A DNA stretch of 60,457 bases from Chlamydiales bacterium (GTDB taxonomy: Bacteria; Chlamydiota; Chlamydiia; Chlamydiales; CALTSX01): contig JBOFEG010000010.1 of the NCBI GenBank assembly GCA_051647685.1, positions 1-60,457 on the forward strand, in the 5' to 3' direction. The notes beneath the pieces were generated by a model. It did not search any database, was not told the origin of the DNA, and saw nothing but the letters and a program-made list of their open reading frames with translations. The first letter of the stretch is position 1; every line of letters begins with the position of its first letter. Below are positions 31,501 through 40,263 of this stretch, piece by piece. The position numbers were made by a program, and so were the translations under genes.

Positions 31501-31684
31501 TGGTACCTGCCATGAGGTGACCATAGTGAGGAAGACCCGTTGCAAAAGGAGGCCCGTCATAAAAACAAAAGGCAGGAGAACCCTCTCTTTGTTGCAGAGA
31601 TCTGTTAAAGATATCCATCTCTTTCCAAAAATTTAGAATTCGCTCTTCTTTTTCTGGAAATTTTTCTTTTTTAATTTCGAACAT
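28568..31684 (-). CDS. ileS: Isoleucine--tRNA ligase, type 2
   Basis: DGPPFATGLPHYGH, WTTTPWTLP, EGIDQTRGWF, KMSKK. Confidence 0.97.
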   Translation of the reverse strand: MFEIKKEKFPEKEERILNFWKEMDIFNRSLQQREGSPAFCFYDGPPFATGLPHYGHLMAGTIKDVIPRYKTMKGFFVPRRFGWDCHGLPVENEIEKTQALSGAFEIQNFGIAKFNEECRSIVLRYTNQWKSTIERMGRWIDMDYAYRTMDRNFMESVWWVFGELWKKDLVYKGFKVMPYSAKLGTPLSNFEANLNYQDVDDPAVTVKMPTKNPGEFFLIWTTTPWTLPSNLALVVNPVIEYAKVKSRVDDSLYILATKRITAHFKDPGSYEIESTCLGKNLLGEKYTPPFSCFIGERPNAFRVIGDSFVGEDNGTGIVHAAPAFGEEDFFVCLRENIEIVCPVDSNGKFTSEVPEYTGLFVKDADKQIIQYLKREKLLFHQATIRHRYPFCWRSDTPLIYKAVDSWFVAVEKIKDRLVEINQSIHWIPEHMKEGRFGKWLESARDWAVSRNRYWGTPLPIWKSEEDDYIVISSVSELEKLSQRTIPDIHRHHIDDIVIHKEGKEYRRTPEVFDCWFESGSMPYAQMHYPFENKDVIENRFPADFIAEGIDQTRGWFYTLTVLSTALFDTSAFKNVVVNGLILAEDGRKMSKKLKNYPEPSTIIDTHGADALRFYLLRSAAVRGEDMRFSEKDVEISVRQLLLPFWNCYVFFATYANIYKWQPTDTEFPHNALPIDRWIISKLQKLIFEVEGSLEQYHLSSAVESLVEFIESLTNWYIRRNRRRFWEDSDPVDQQLAFGTLYSVLYAFAQIAAPFIPFISEEMYQNLRRAEDPISVHLTTFPLYNSLLRDIELEEKTALAQAVVNLGHSLRKENHIKVRQPLQTAYIVSANEGIITSLQEQDNLIKEELNVKEIHFSHEESQFVTHSIKPNLKTLGKKVGKWLPKLREKIQTLTYEEASACTEEDPISIAIDGNIFSITPEDLLIGSIVRDGIIAQVSGGITVALNLDLNEDLIQEGMARELVNRLNTMRKTLGLQVTDRIRVTLDTTERVKKAFYSHAEYITNETLIADLTFAPCEGTPIDLNGEFATIDLNRAEASR

Positions 31685-31868
31685 AATTATTATTTAATGA
31701 ATCAGCAATGCCATCTATAGTAACCAAAAATAGGTATTCAAGAAAAGCTCTCCTTGCAAATATCTTTTAAATAGAGAATAATCAAGCAGTAATTTATTTA
31801 ATTTAAGCCCTTTACTATCAAAGAGACCTGGTTTTCACCTCTTCTACTGGAAAAAAGCAAGCCTCCTA

Positions 31869-31877
31869 TGGTATAAT
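31869..31877 (+). promoter_or_regulatory. Extended -10 promoter of ssrA
   Basis: TG-G-TATAAT ending 6 nt before the tmRNA 5' end. Confidence 0.6.
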
Positions 31878-31883
31878 ATGTTC

Positions 31884-32274
31884 GGGGGTGTACAGGTTTC
31901 GACTCAGAAGCGAGACTTATGTGGCATGCAGAGGACGTCGGTTGGCCTCTTAAAAAATCCGATAGACAATCAAATGTCAACAAAATCCAAAAAGTTGATT
32001 TCAGCCCTAAGGCTGAACAGCTTGCTGCTTAATTCTTAACCGAATTAGATAGCCGGTAGCTCAAAATGCGATCAGGAGTTTTGAAATCTACCGTCATATA
32101 CCTGATATGATTATAGGTTTGGGTCTATAAGGGCCTATAATCGAGATTTACTTACAGACTAGAGAGTTGAAGTGGGGGCGGCTGCCAGCAAACTTTCGAA
32201 TGAATTAGCCGATAAGCATGTAGTCATATAAATTGAGTTGGCTGAGGACGAGAGTTCGATTCTCTCCACCTCCA
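31884..32274 (+). ncRNA. ssrA: tmRNA
   Basis: 5' GGGGGTGTACAGGTTTCGAC; 3' T-arm GAGAGTTCGATTCTCTC and acceptor CACCTCC-A with G.U pair; internal tag ORF ending LAA*. Confidence 0.95.
31976..32032 (+). other. tmRNA proteolysis tag frame (A)VNKIQKVDFSPKAEQLAA*
   Basis: GTC resume codon after AATCAAAT; ends GCT GCT TAA. Confidence 0.8.
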
Positions 32275-33015
32275 ATTCTTTGTACAAAGTTTGTAATCCA
32301 TCATCTGTTGGAAGGGATTATGCACTTGTATTGAGAGAGTTATGTCATTCAATTCTAAGTTCTGAAATACCAAACGGAGAAGTTGTCTCTTTTCTTCCAC
32401 TTCAGAACTCTCGAATAATTTTCTGGCCTGAGCGGCTAATTTGAGCACTATGTTGGCTGTAACATAAAAGTTATGATCCGCTCTTTGATGGCTTTCCATA
32501 GCCTTTATTCCTTCGGCTTGCTTCTCTTTATATTCCTTTATCTTTTCCAAGTACATCTTCTCGTCGATGATACCGTCTAATTTATCCTCATAGATCTGAC
32601 TGATTCGTTTTTGGAGTTTCTCTTGTTCTTTGCGCAGCGCATCCATGCTCTCTTTATAGAATTGTTCCTCCGATTGGTGAATTTCTCGCAAATAGTGAGT
32701 AATGGTTACAATTTGTTCTTCAGTGAGAGAAATTTGATCAAAATAGGATACTAAAGGCTTCAGCAGTTCTTCCTCGCGAACATAGGTTCGTTTGCATATT
32801 CCCTTTCCATTCGTACAACTATAGTAAATATGTTTATTTTTTTTGATTTCTGGAGTCACGATACATCCACAATGCGCGCACGTTATCAACCCGTGTAAAA
32901 TAAAGGATTTTATCTTGGTTTTATGGGGTTTGGATAGATATCTATCGATCACTTGTTGGACTTGTTGAAAAGTTTCTACGGAAATAAGTTTTGGATCTAG
33001 AAGCAAAAAAAACAA
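32224..33015 (-). pseudogene. 5'-truncated large serine recombinase (zinc ribbon plus coiled coil)
   Basis: LISVETFQQVQ (end of recombinase domain), GLITCAHCG...YYSC...C zinc ribbon, YEDKLDGIID; catalytic N-terminal domain absent; 3' end overlaps ssrA. Confidence 0.85.
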
Positions 33016-33084
33016 TGTAAAGATATAAAATTTTTTCGATTAATAGAAAAAGATGTATTAGTATTTGTTTTTATAATTAGAGGA

Positions 33085-33303
33085 GTGTTTGTTCCTATAG
33101 AAGAAATAAAATACTATTTAAAAATAGAGAAATATATTCATAAAACATCACAAGCAATAGGACTATTCATAAAAATTGTAGATAATGTTTACAAGCTAGA
33201 AAACGCTTTTTATGAAGAAGAAAAGTATGAATATAAAGAACAGCTGGAGCATATAAAGAAGCAGTATCAAGAAGGTTTAAAAAATACTTTTATTCAATTT
33301 TGA
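33085..33303 (+). CDS. Hypothetical protein
   Basis: 72 aa, GTG start with AGAGGA RBS. Confidence 0.45.
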   Translation: MFVPIEEIKYYLKIEKYIHKTSQAIGLFIKIVDNVYKLENAFYEEEKYEYKEQLEHIKKQYQEGLKNTFIQF

Positions 33304-33337
33304 ATATTTATATTTTCCGCTCCCTTATTGAATAGAC

Positions 33338-34189
33338 ATGCATATGATCAAAACTCCCGCATCTTTACTGAATAGACGTTTTATAGAAATAATATTAGCT
33401 GATAAAACCTATGATCCTTTGTATGATTTAATCGCTCTTAATCCATTGCAAATAGCTGGCAATACTGTAGTTTCTCCACTCTCTTGCTATTGTAAAAGCA
33501 AATTGTGGTTACTTAAGCATACAGTAAACTTACAAAGTAGAAACAACTCTAGAGAACTCATTTATTGTATCAATAAAGAGGCTGAAGAAGCTGGAAGAAC
33601 CTTATCAATAGAAAAGACAAAAAGTTTAATGAATCGACTTTCAAACACATTGTCTTCCGTATACGCGGTATATGGGAATAATCAATTAAATCCCACTGAA
33701 TTTACAGAAAGAGATCACGATCAAGTTAGAGGATTTCTAAAAATGAATAAAGCATCACCCTATTTTTCTTCGGATTTTTTAGTTGATCTCTCTTTCAACT
33801 TTTGTCAAGGTGCGTATTTAGTTATAGCTCATAATGATCTCTATAGGGATATTCAAAGAGTATTTGGAAATAAATTTAAACCAGTGTATATTCCTTTGCC
33901 CTATCCTTTCGAAAATTATTATCCCGAAGAACAAATTGGTTATGCAAAACAAGCAATCTTTGTCCTAACGCCCAATGCTCCGAAATGGAACGATGAGGAT
34001 GGAAACACTTTGTATAAAATGATCTATATTGGAAAAGAAGCCTTTGGGGTTCTAAGGCATCGAGATTATCCACCAGAAATCTGCTTAATGGAAAATGCGA
34101 AATACTTTTCTTGGCGTGCTAAATTGGGATATCTTACCTTGCGAGAAGAACACGTTGTAAATCATATAGTTACCTTACAAGAACAATAG
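33338..34189 (+). CDS. Hypothetical protein
   Basis: 283-aa open frame in AT-rich DNA; no motif recognised. Confidence 0.6.
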   Translation: MHMIKTPASLLNRRFIEIILADKTYDPLYDLIALNPLQIAGNTVVSPLSCYCKSKLWLLKHTVNLQSRNNSRELIYCINKEAEEAGRTLSIEKTKSLMNRLSNTLSSVYAVYGNNQLNPTEFTERDHDQVRGFLKMNKASPYFSSDFLVDLSFNFCQGAYLVIAHNDLYRDIQRVFGNKFKPVYIPLPYPFENYYPEEQIGYAKQAIFVLTPNAPKWNDEDGNTLYKMIYIGKEAFGVLRHRDYPPEICLMENAKYFSWRAKLGYLTLREEHVVNHIVTLQEQ

Positions 34190-34267
34190 TTGCTATTAGA
34201 TTTGCTAATCTAAGATTAATCTTGAAGAGTTCAAAATAGAAAAATGTGTGTAAAAAATAAATAAAAA

Positions 34268-34296
34268 TTGACGAAAGAATTCTTTGTCTTTACAGT
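34268..34296 (+). promoter_or_regulatory. sigma66-type promoter for the TPR/toxin gene
   Basis: TTGACG-N17-TACAGT, favouring ATG 34323 as start. Confidence 0.4.
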
Positions 34297-34322
34297 TTTT
34301 GCTTACCATAACTCCTTCTACC

Positions 34323-36377
34323 ATGCGAAAACTCAAACTTCTTCTTCATTGTTATCTATTAATTGCAACGACTACCCTTCTTGCACTGCCCAATAATAGT
34401 TTTCATTGCGTTAATCTAAAACCAGTAAACTTGTGTAGTCAATCTGCTGTACCAACTGATATTCAATCTATAACTTACGACCAAATTATCCACCTACTCC
34501 AAGAGATAGAGGAAGGAGATCTTGAAAACAAATGTTCGCCAGAACAATTAGAGCAAATCAATCAATTCCTTGCACTTCTAGCTGTCGAAGGAATTCTTCC
34601 CAATGATGATGAGGAAGAGGCAAGTATTACGGAAGATGTACAAGAGTTATTAGAGCATCGAGAAAATCCCCTACAACAAGCATTTTTATCAGGAGAGTAT
34701 GAACAAGGCACTTTTATTCCTACTATTTTGAACATAGATAGTTATGGCACTGTTATTCCTTGCGGATGGATCAAGAAGAGCTGGAAAAGCACAAAAGCCT
34801 TTGTTAAAAAACACAAGAAAGTCATCATTATCGGCGCTATTATTGTGGTAACCGTTTCCGCTGTTACTATTGTAGCCATTGCCTCTTCCTCAGGAGCTGC
34901 TTCTACTTTAGCTGGCTCTGCTGCAGCCATAGCGGCGTCTAATTCCTCAGATTCTGATTGGGAAGAAGAAGAGAGCTCTACTACTTCTTCTCCCTTTGAA
35001 TCTACGTTAAAAGAGGAAATTGAGTCTTTTAAGGGAAAAGTAGCGGAAGAAAATCTTCTTGAACCTTCTTTTTCTGAGGAAGATCTTTCGATGGAATCTA
35101 CAGGAAAAACTCTAGGTAACATCTGGGCTCATCAAACGTTGGAAGAAATTCATAATAATTTTGAAAGTTTATCGAGTAATAAAGGTTGTATAGAATTAGG
35201 GCACCGAGAAATTGATAAGAAATTCCCTATAGAAAATGATTATCCTTATAAACACCTTGCACTCGACTCTAACAACAAAATTTCACTACATCAAATCCAA
35301 GCAGAAAAAGCTTTTGAACTCGGATATTATCCGGAAGCCATTCGTAACCTAAATCAAGCTATAGATATTGAACCGAACAATTCCACACTGTATTTAGAAA
35401 GAGCTGCCTCTCAATTTCACATGGGAGAGTATCAACAAGCACTGCAGGATTTTGAGAAGTTTACTACGCATTCTCATGCTATCACTGAACAAAACCCCCT
35501 TTCTATTTCCGAATTTAGTGTAGGTTTTACCAAAGGGCTTCCTCAAGGAGTCTATGAATCGGGTAAGGGAATTATGACCTTTCTCTCCGACTTTGTGACG
35601 CATCCCGTTCATACTTCTGCTCAAGTAATGCAATCGCTCTCTACGTTAGCGGAACTCGTTTTTGAAAAAGAATGGGAAATGATAGGGAAAGCAATGGCTC
35701 CTGAAGTTTGTGAACTTGTGAAGGAGTGGGATACTCTATCTTCTGATAAAAAAGGAGAACTCGCTGGATACGCTATTGGGAAACATGGCACAGATATTCT
35801 CGCGCCTGGAACCATTGCTAAGGTTGCTAGTAAGAGTGTGAAAAACGCTAAGAAATTGGCTACGGTTTGTAAGAATATTAAGTTGGCTGAGGAAACTTTA
35901 GTTTTAGAAACTGCATCAGGGATTGGAAATGTTGCCAAAGTAGGAGAAATAGTCACATCAGGCAAAAGTATCTTTTCTATTGGCAAGTCTTTAGGCTTTA
36001 CAGAGAGCGAAATGTCTCATCTCAAAAACGCCGGAGTGTTAGAGAAAAATATTAGTGTGAGTTTAGAAAATCTGAGTTCACAGTTCCAAAGTGAGGTGAT
36101 TAAAGATTCAATTAAACAACATAGACATATTAAAATGATAAAAGAAAGCTTGACAAAACCCATAAAGGAAGTTGAAAAAAGCATTCGTAGTTATGAAAAG
36201 CTTATTATTGATCATAAAGACAAAATTAAAAATCCTCAAAATCATTGTTTGGGCTGGGAAGATTTACATGCAAAAAGGAAATCTCATTTAATTAATGAGC
36301 ATTGGCCTCAGGAAATTAGATTATATGAATGTAAGAAAAAAATTCTTCAGGATCTTTTAAAAGAGAGAGGAAATTGA
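34323..36377 (+). CDS. Secreted TPR protein with putative C-terminal toxin domain (polymorphic toxin-like)
   Basis: Signal peptide, amphipathic GWIKKSWK helix plus TM, TPR (YPEAIRNLNQAIDIEPNNSTLYLERA), pre-toxin-like linker, C-terminal KSIRSYEKLI.DHKDKIKNP...HWPQEI domain. Confidence 0.65.
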   Translation: MRKLKLLLHCYLLIATTTLLALPNNSFHCVNLKPVNLCSQSAVPTDIQSITYDQIIHLLQEIEEGDLENKCSPEQLEQINQFLALLAVEGILPNDDEEEASITEDVQELLEHRENPLQQAFLSGEYEQGTFIPTILNIDSYGTVIPCGWIKKSWKSTKAFVKKHKKVIIIGAIIVVTVSAVTIVAIASSSGAASTLAGSAAAIAASNSSDSDWEEEESSTTSSPFESTLKEEIESFKGKVAEENLLEPSFSEEDLSMESTGKTLGNIWAHQTLEEIHNNFESLSSNKGCIELGHREIDKKFPIENDYPYKHLALDSNNKISLHQIQAEKAFELGYYPEAIRNLNQAIDIEPNNSTLYLERAASQFHMGEYQQALQDFEKFTTHSHAITEQNPLSISEFSVGFTKGLPQGVYESGKGIMTFLSDFVTHPVHTSAQVMQSLSTLAELVFEKEWEMIGKAMAPEVCELVKEWDTLSSDKKGELAGYAIGKHGTDILAPGTIAKVASKSVKNAKKLATVCKNIKLAEETLVLETASGIGNVAKVGEIVTSGKSIFSIGKSLGFTESEMSHLKNAGVLEKNISVSLENLSSQFQSEVIKDSIKQHRHIKMIKESLTKPIKEVEKSIRSYEKLIIDHKDKIKNPQNHCLGWEDLHAKRKSHLINEHWPQEIRLYECKKKILQDLLKERGN

Positions 36378-36380
36378 AAT

Positions 36381-36653
36381 ATGGATGATGAAAAATATAA
36401 GGGTTACCTCCAAGATTCTATAGCAATCTTAAAAAAATGGGCTATGGAATCGAAAAAGAAAGCCGATGACTTAAATGATGACAATGATGATTTTAATCAA
36501 GGCCATCTAATGGCATATTTTTCAGTATTTTCTCTATTGAAACATCAAGCTTGGTCTTTAGATATTGATCAGAAAGAAATTGGTTTAGAAGACATAGATC
36601 CAGAAATTGATTTGTTGGGGCTTACTAAAAAAGAGGATATAGAACCAAAATAA
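36381..36653 (+). CDS. Putative cognate immunity protein
   Basis: 90 aa, acidic, starts 3 nt after the toxin-like gene stop; FNQGHLMAY...LLKHQA...IGLEDIDPE.DLL. Confidence 0.55.
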   Translation: MDDEKYKGYLQDSIAILKKWAMESKKKADDLNDDNDDFNQGHLMAYFSVFSLLKHQAWSLDIDQKEIGLEDIDPEIDLLGLTKKEDIEPK

Positions 36654-36699
36654 ATTATTTTGATATTCTTTTATATAAAATAGAGAGATTCATCAATAA

Positions 36700-37026
36700 A
36701 TGAACAAAAAAAAGGATATACAAAAAGACATTTCTCTTTTAGAACTAATTTTATTAAAAATTGAAAGATATTTTGATAATAAACTGCCTATTTCCAGTCT
36801 AATTTATGACTTAGAAAATTATTTAAATCAAATTACAACCATAGACAGATCGTGGAAAAAAAAATTTAGACTAATATGGTTAGATATTGAAGTTGCTTAT
36901 TCATTAGCTCTAGATAGTGGATTAGAAGAACCAACTGGTGAAGAAAAAATTATTGCTGAAGACTCAATATTGTCTCTAAAAAAAATGGCTCAAGATAAAC
37001 TAACTAACTTGAAGATAGAAATGTAA
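36700..37026 (+). CDS. Putative second (orphan) immunity protein
   Basis: 108 aa helical; LI.DLE.......W...F...W..IEVAY..ALD pattern. Confidence 0.5.
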   Translation: MNKKKDIQKDISLLELILLKIERYFDNKLPISSLIYDLENYLNQITTIDRSWKKKFRLIWLDIEVAYSLALDSGLEEPTGEEKIIAEDSILSLKKMAQDKLTNLKIEM

Positions 37027-37175
37027 GAACTTCACTTATCCTCTAAAGCGGATTTCTCCTAATAGTGATGAATTAGAAACCTATGCTATGCTACTGATGA
37101 ATTCAACTATTACGAACACGTCAACCCTTATTCTAAGAGCAAACAACTAAATTAACTCCTAATCAGACCCCTAAG

Positions 37176-37724
37176 ATGAGTTCTCAATCAAATCTACAAA
37201 ATCGCCATAGGATTAATAAAAAATACTACAAATCTGCAGAAGAGTACGATAAGAAAAAAGTTCTACAAAATACCTCTGACTATCTTAAAAACTACCTAAC
37301 TCCAAATAAAAATTGGAATAAACGGATATCACCAAAAGAGCGAATTAATCAGATAAGGTACTCTAACGTTAACTGGAAAACTGTATCTACCCATATCAGA
37401 AAGATGCAGTATCAAGATTTTTTGCAGACACCTTATTGGAAAGCGATCTCTGCCCATTCTAAGTTTAAGGCTCGGCATAGGTGTCAAATATGCAACAGCG
37501 CTTATAATTTAGCCACTCATCATAGAAATTATGCGATTCATGGTTTTGAACATGCTCATATCCATGAGTTAGTCGTTCTTTGTGATGATTGTCACAGTAA
37601 ATTTCATAATAAAATCCCAAAGTCGAAGTACAAAAGAAAAGCAGAATTTATAGTTTTCATTATAAACTTAATGGTGTTATCTGGATTTATAGCGCATTTT
37701 TTGATTAAGGAATATCTTAGCTAA
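37176..37724 (+). CDS. HNH endonuclease-like protein with C-terminal TM helix
   Basis: YQDFLQTPYW, RCQICN, THHRNY, VVLCDDCHSKFH. Confidence 0.75.
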   Translation: MSSQSNLQNRHRINKKYYKSAEEYDKKKVLQNTSDYLKNYLTPNKNWNKRISPKERINQIRYSNVNWKTVSTHIRKMQYQDFLQTPYWKAISAHSKFKARHRCQICNSAYNLATHHRNYAIHGFEHAHIHELVVLCDDCHSKFHNKIPKSKYKRKAEFIVFIINLMVLSGFIAHFLIKEYLS

Positions 37725-37939
37725 AATAACGTCGCATTGAAACAATATCTAAAAAATAATTTCTTTTCTTAGGCAAATTCCTATTTTTGTTTCTAGTTTA
37801 TACCAATCAATAGTTCTGAATACGTCCAATGACTTCCATTATTTCTTTAATTCTATTCATAATCAATATTTAGTTAAATTATATATATAAAAAATCATTT
37901 TTATGATATAATAGTTTCATTATTAAATAAGTTAAAATT

Positions 37940-39027
37940 ATGATATTACAAAAATGGGCAACATTAGAACCGAATTACTTTTTTAATAATGAATTAGAAA
38001 TTACAAATAACAACTCGGAAAAACCATCCTTACCCGAACTCTTTGAAAAAACTATTGGTGAACTTGAAAACAGTGAACTAGATGTTTCGTTAGATACTGT
38101 TATTCCAGCATTTCAAAAAATAGACAAATATTATAAAGAAAAAAATATCAATAAAGAATCTTCCGCTCTAACCTCTTCTTATGAGAAAATAAATGACCTT
38201 TTAGTTTCCAAAATATCAAAAAAGTATGAAGGTAATTATAGAGAATTTGTAGATAGTGGTATTACTCTTAAAAAGAATAATCAAACAGCGGAAGCAGGGT
38301 TTATAGATAAATGTTTGGAATGTAGTGTAAGTGTTTTAGACAAGTATTCAATGCCAAAAGGCATAGTTTATGAAATAATAAATGAAAAGGGATGTACTGG
38401 ATATTTGATTGGAATCCTTCACATTCTTACATTCTCTTATCTCGAAACCAATGCGCCTTGGTTGCTGCAAAAAATAAAGATTCCGATGAATTAATTACTG
38501 AAATTGGAACTAGCTATCAAAATGCTTCCAACCATGAATTAGAATTTATGCGAACTACAATGGATATAGGACTATCTGAACTTGCCATAAACAATAAAGT
38601 AAATGTATTAGGGTTCGAAACATTAGAGTGGCAAAAAAAATTCTTTCCTGAAGCACAACAATTAACACAATCTAAAGACTATCTCGAAAAGTTTTCTCCA
38701 TACTTGTTAAATAGATATGAGCACTCTCCAGTTCACCAAATTTATGAATCAGTTGAAGCTTGGCAACATGGCAATATCGAAGAGCAAAAGTTAATAACTA
38801 CTAAATTGATTGGAGCAAAAGCTAAAGAAGTCGCTTTTAAAGAGAGAAACAAAAAATAGCTTTCATGCCCCTCTATTAATTTAATAGACAGATTAGAAAA
38901 AATGGATAAACCTATTTGTATAGCAGTAGGGACAGGTCATCTTGTAGGTAAAACCGGATTTATTAAAGCTTTAGAGAATACCCAAAAATTTCAAATCAAT
39001 AAAATTGATAAATTAATTAATTTTTAG
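37940..39027 (+). pseudogene. TraB/GumN (Tiki-like) family protein, disrupted
   Basis: GYLIGILH in frame 1; frameshift near 38450; GFETLEWQ and ERNKK*; after TAG 38857-38859 the frame continues IAVGTGHLVGKTGFIKAL to TAG 39027. Confidence 0.75.
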
Positions 39028-39164
39028 CTCTCTAAAATAAGGTACTTAAATCAAATATACCATTTGGATTCAAAGATAAGATGTTTTATTAAAATATAAA
39101 ATTGACATAACAATTCCTTTTAAATAAGAGATAGAGTAAATATAGCTTTCTCGGAGGAAAATTT

Positions 39165-40100
39165 ATGAAAAAAATTGTCTATTTGCTATGTGCACTTATG
39201 CCTATTTTTACAAGTGCATTAGAAATCGATATTATTGCTAATTTTGATATAGATGAACTCCCGGCCAAACTACTGCCTATAAAAGAGAATTTCGATTTCA
39301 AAGTTGTATCTTTGTCGGATTATTTTGTGTGTAAATGCTCTAATGATCCTAATTTGAGTAAAATTCTTATCTTCAATCCTTATTTTGATTCCACCCTTAT
39401 ATCCAAGCTTCCGAAAGAAAAATTGATATTATTTGTATGGGAGCCTGAAACCTCTTTGCCAACTTCATTCTACAATGACTATTCAAGAGTGTATACGTGG
39501 GATGATACTTTAATAGATAATCAAAAGTTCTTTCGTTTTGATAACCCGTATCTTATGCCTATGGAAGAAAATACGATTCCATTTGAAGAAAGAACCCTGT
39601 GTACAATGGTTGTCGGAAATTGGACGCAAAAGCGTCTTGATATTCTTGAGTTTTTTGAATCTAATTACCCTAAAGACTTAGATTGTTATGGAAGACGACA
39701 ACCTAGAGAAACCCGTCTTTGGAAAGGATCAATTGCTGGACTGCATTCGGGTAGGGAAAAAATTTACACTCTTCAGAAATATAAATTTTGCATTTGTTTT
39801 GAAAACACAATCGGACTGTCTGGATACATTACTGAGAAAATTTTTGGTTGTTTTGCGGCTGGATGCATACCTATTTATTGGGGATCTGAAAATATAGAAC
39901 ATTATATCCCAAAGTCTTGCTTTATTGACTATCGAGATTTCAAAAGTGATGAACAGCTCCATCAATTCCTAGTTAACATGTCTTTGGAAAGATATCAAGA
40001 GTACATAGAAGCAATTCAAAATTATCTAAATAGCGAGCAGGCTCAGATTTTTTCTCCAGCATTCTTTGATAATCTGGTATATGAAGCAATTACTCATTAG
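39165..40100 (+). CDS. Glycosyltransferase family 10 (alpha-1,3-fucosyltransferase-like) with signal peptide
   Basis: YKFCICFENT...YITEKIFGCFAAGCIPIYWG motif; GGAGG RBS. Confidence 0.85.
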   Translation: MKKIVYLLCALMPIFTSALEIDIIANFDIDELPAKLLPIKENFDFKVVSLSDYFVCKCSNDPNLSKILIFNPYFDSTLISKLPKEKLILFVWEPETSLPTSFYNDYSRVYTWDDTLIDNQKFFRFDNPYLMPMEENTIPFEERTLCTMVVGNWTQKRLDILEFFESNYPKDLDCYGRRQPRETRLWKGSIAGLHSGREKIYTLQKYKFCICFENTIGLSGYITEKIFGCFAAGCIPIYWGSENIEHYIPKSCFIDYRDFKSDEQLHQFLVNMSLERYQEYIEAIQNYLNSEQAQIFSPAFFDNLVYEAITH

Positions 40101-40263
40101 TCTCGGAAAAAAATCCTAAAAACCCCTGTAATTATATATTACATAAAATTATAAAAAAAAATCATAAGGACCTGTCATCAATTAAAATAATTTTTGGTAA
40201 TTATAAAAAAAGTGAATACATGAGATAAAAACGCTTTTAGTTTAATCATCAAAGGAATGATTA

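Noticed and set aside
31798-31983. 61-aa minus-strand ORF
   Set aside because: Overlaps the tmRNA 5' end and promoter on the opposite strand; no coding features
33317-33377. Repeat ending TGAATAGAC as a possible CRISPR remnant
   Set aside because: Only two imperfect 21-nt copies with a 19-nt gap; no cas genes in the window
37060-37110. Two TGATGAATT motifs resembling a fluoride riboswitch or hammerhead core
   Set aside because: Spacing and P1/P2 stems do not fit either consensus; downstream gene is not fluoride related
38857-38859. In-frame TAG as evidence of stop-codon reassignment or pyrrolysine
   Set aside because: TAG terminates other intact genes here (e.g. 11598, 15907, 58553) and the same gene also has a frameshift; a TGG>TAG nonsense mutation is simpler
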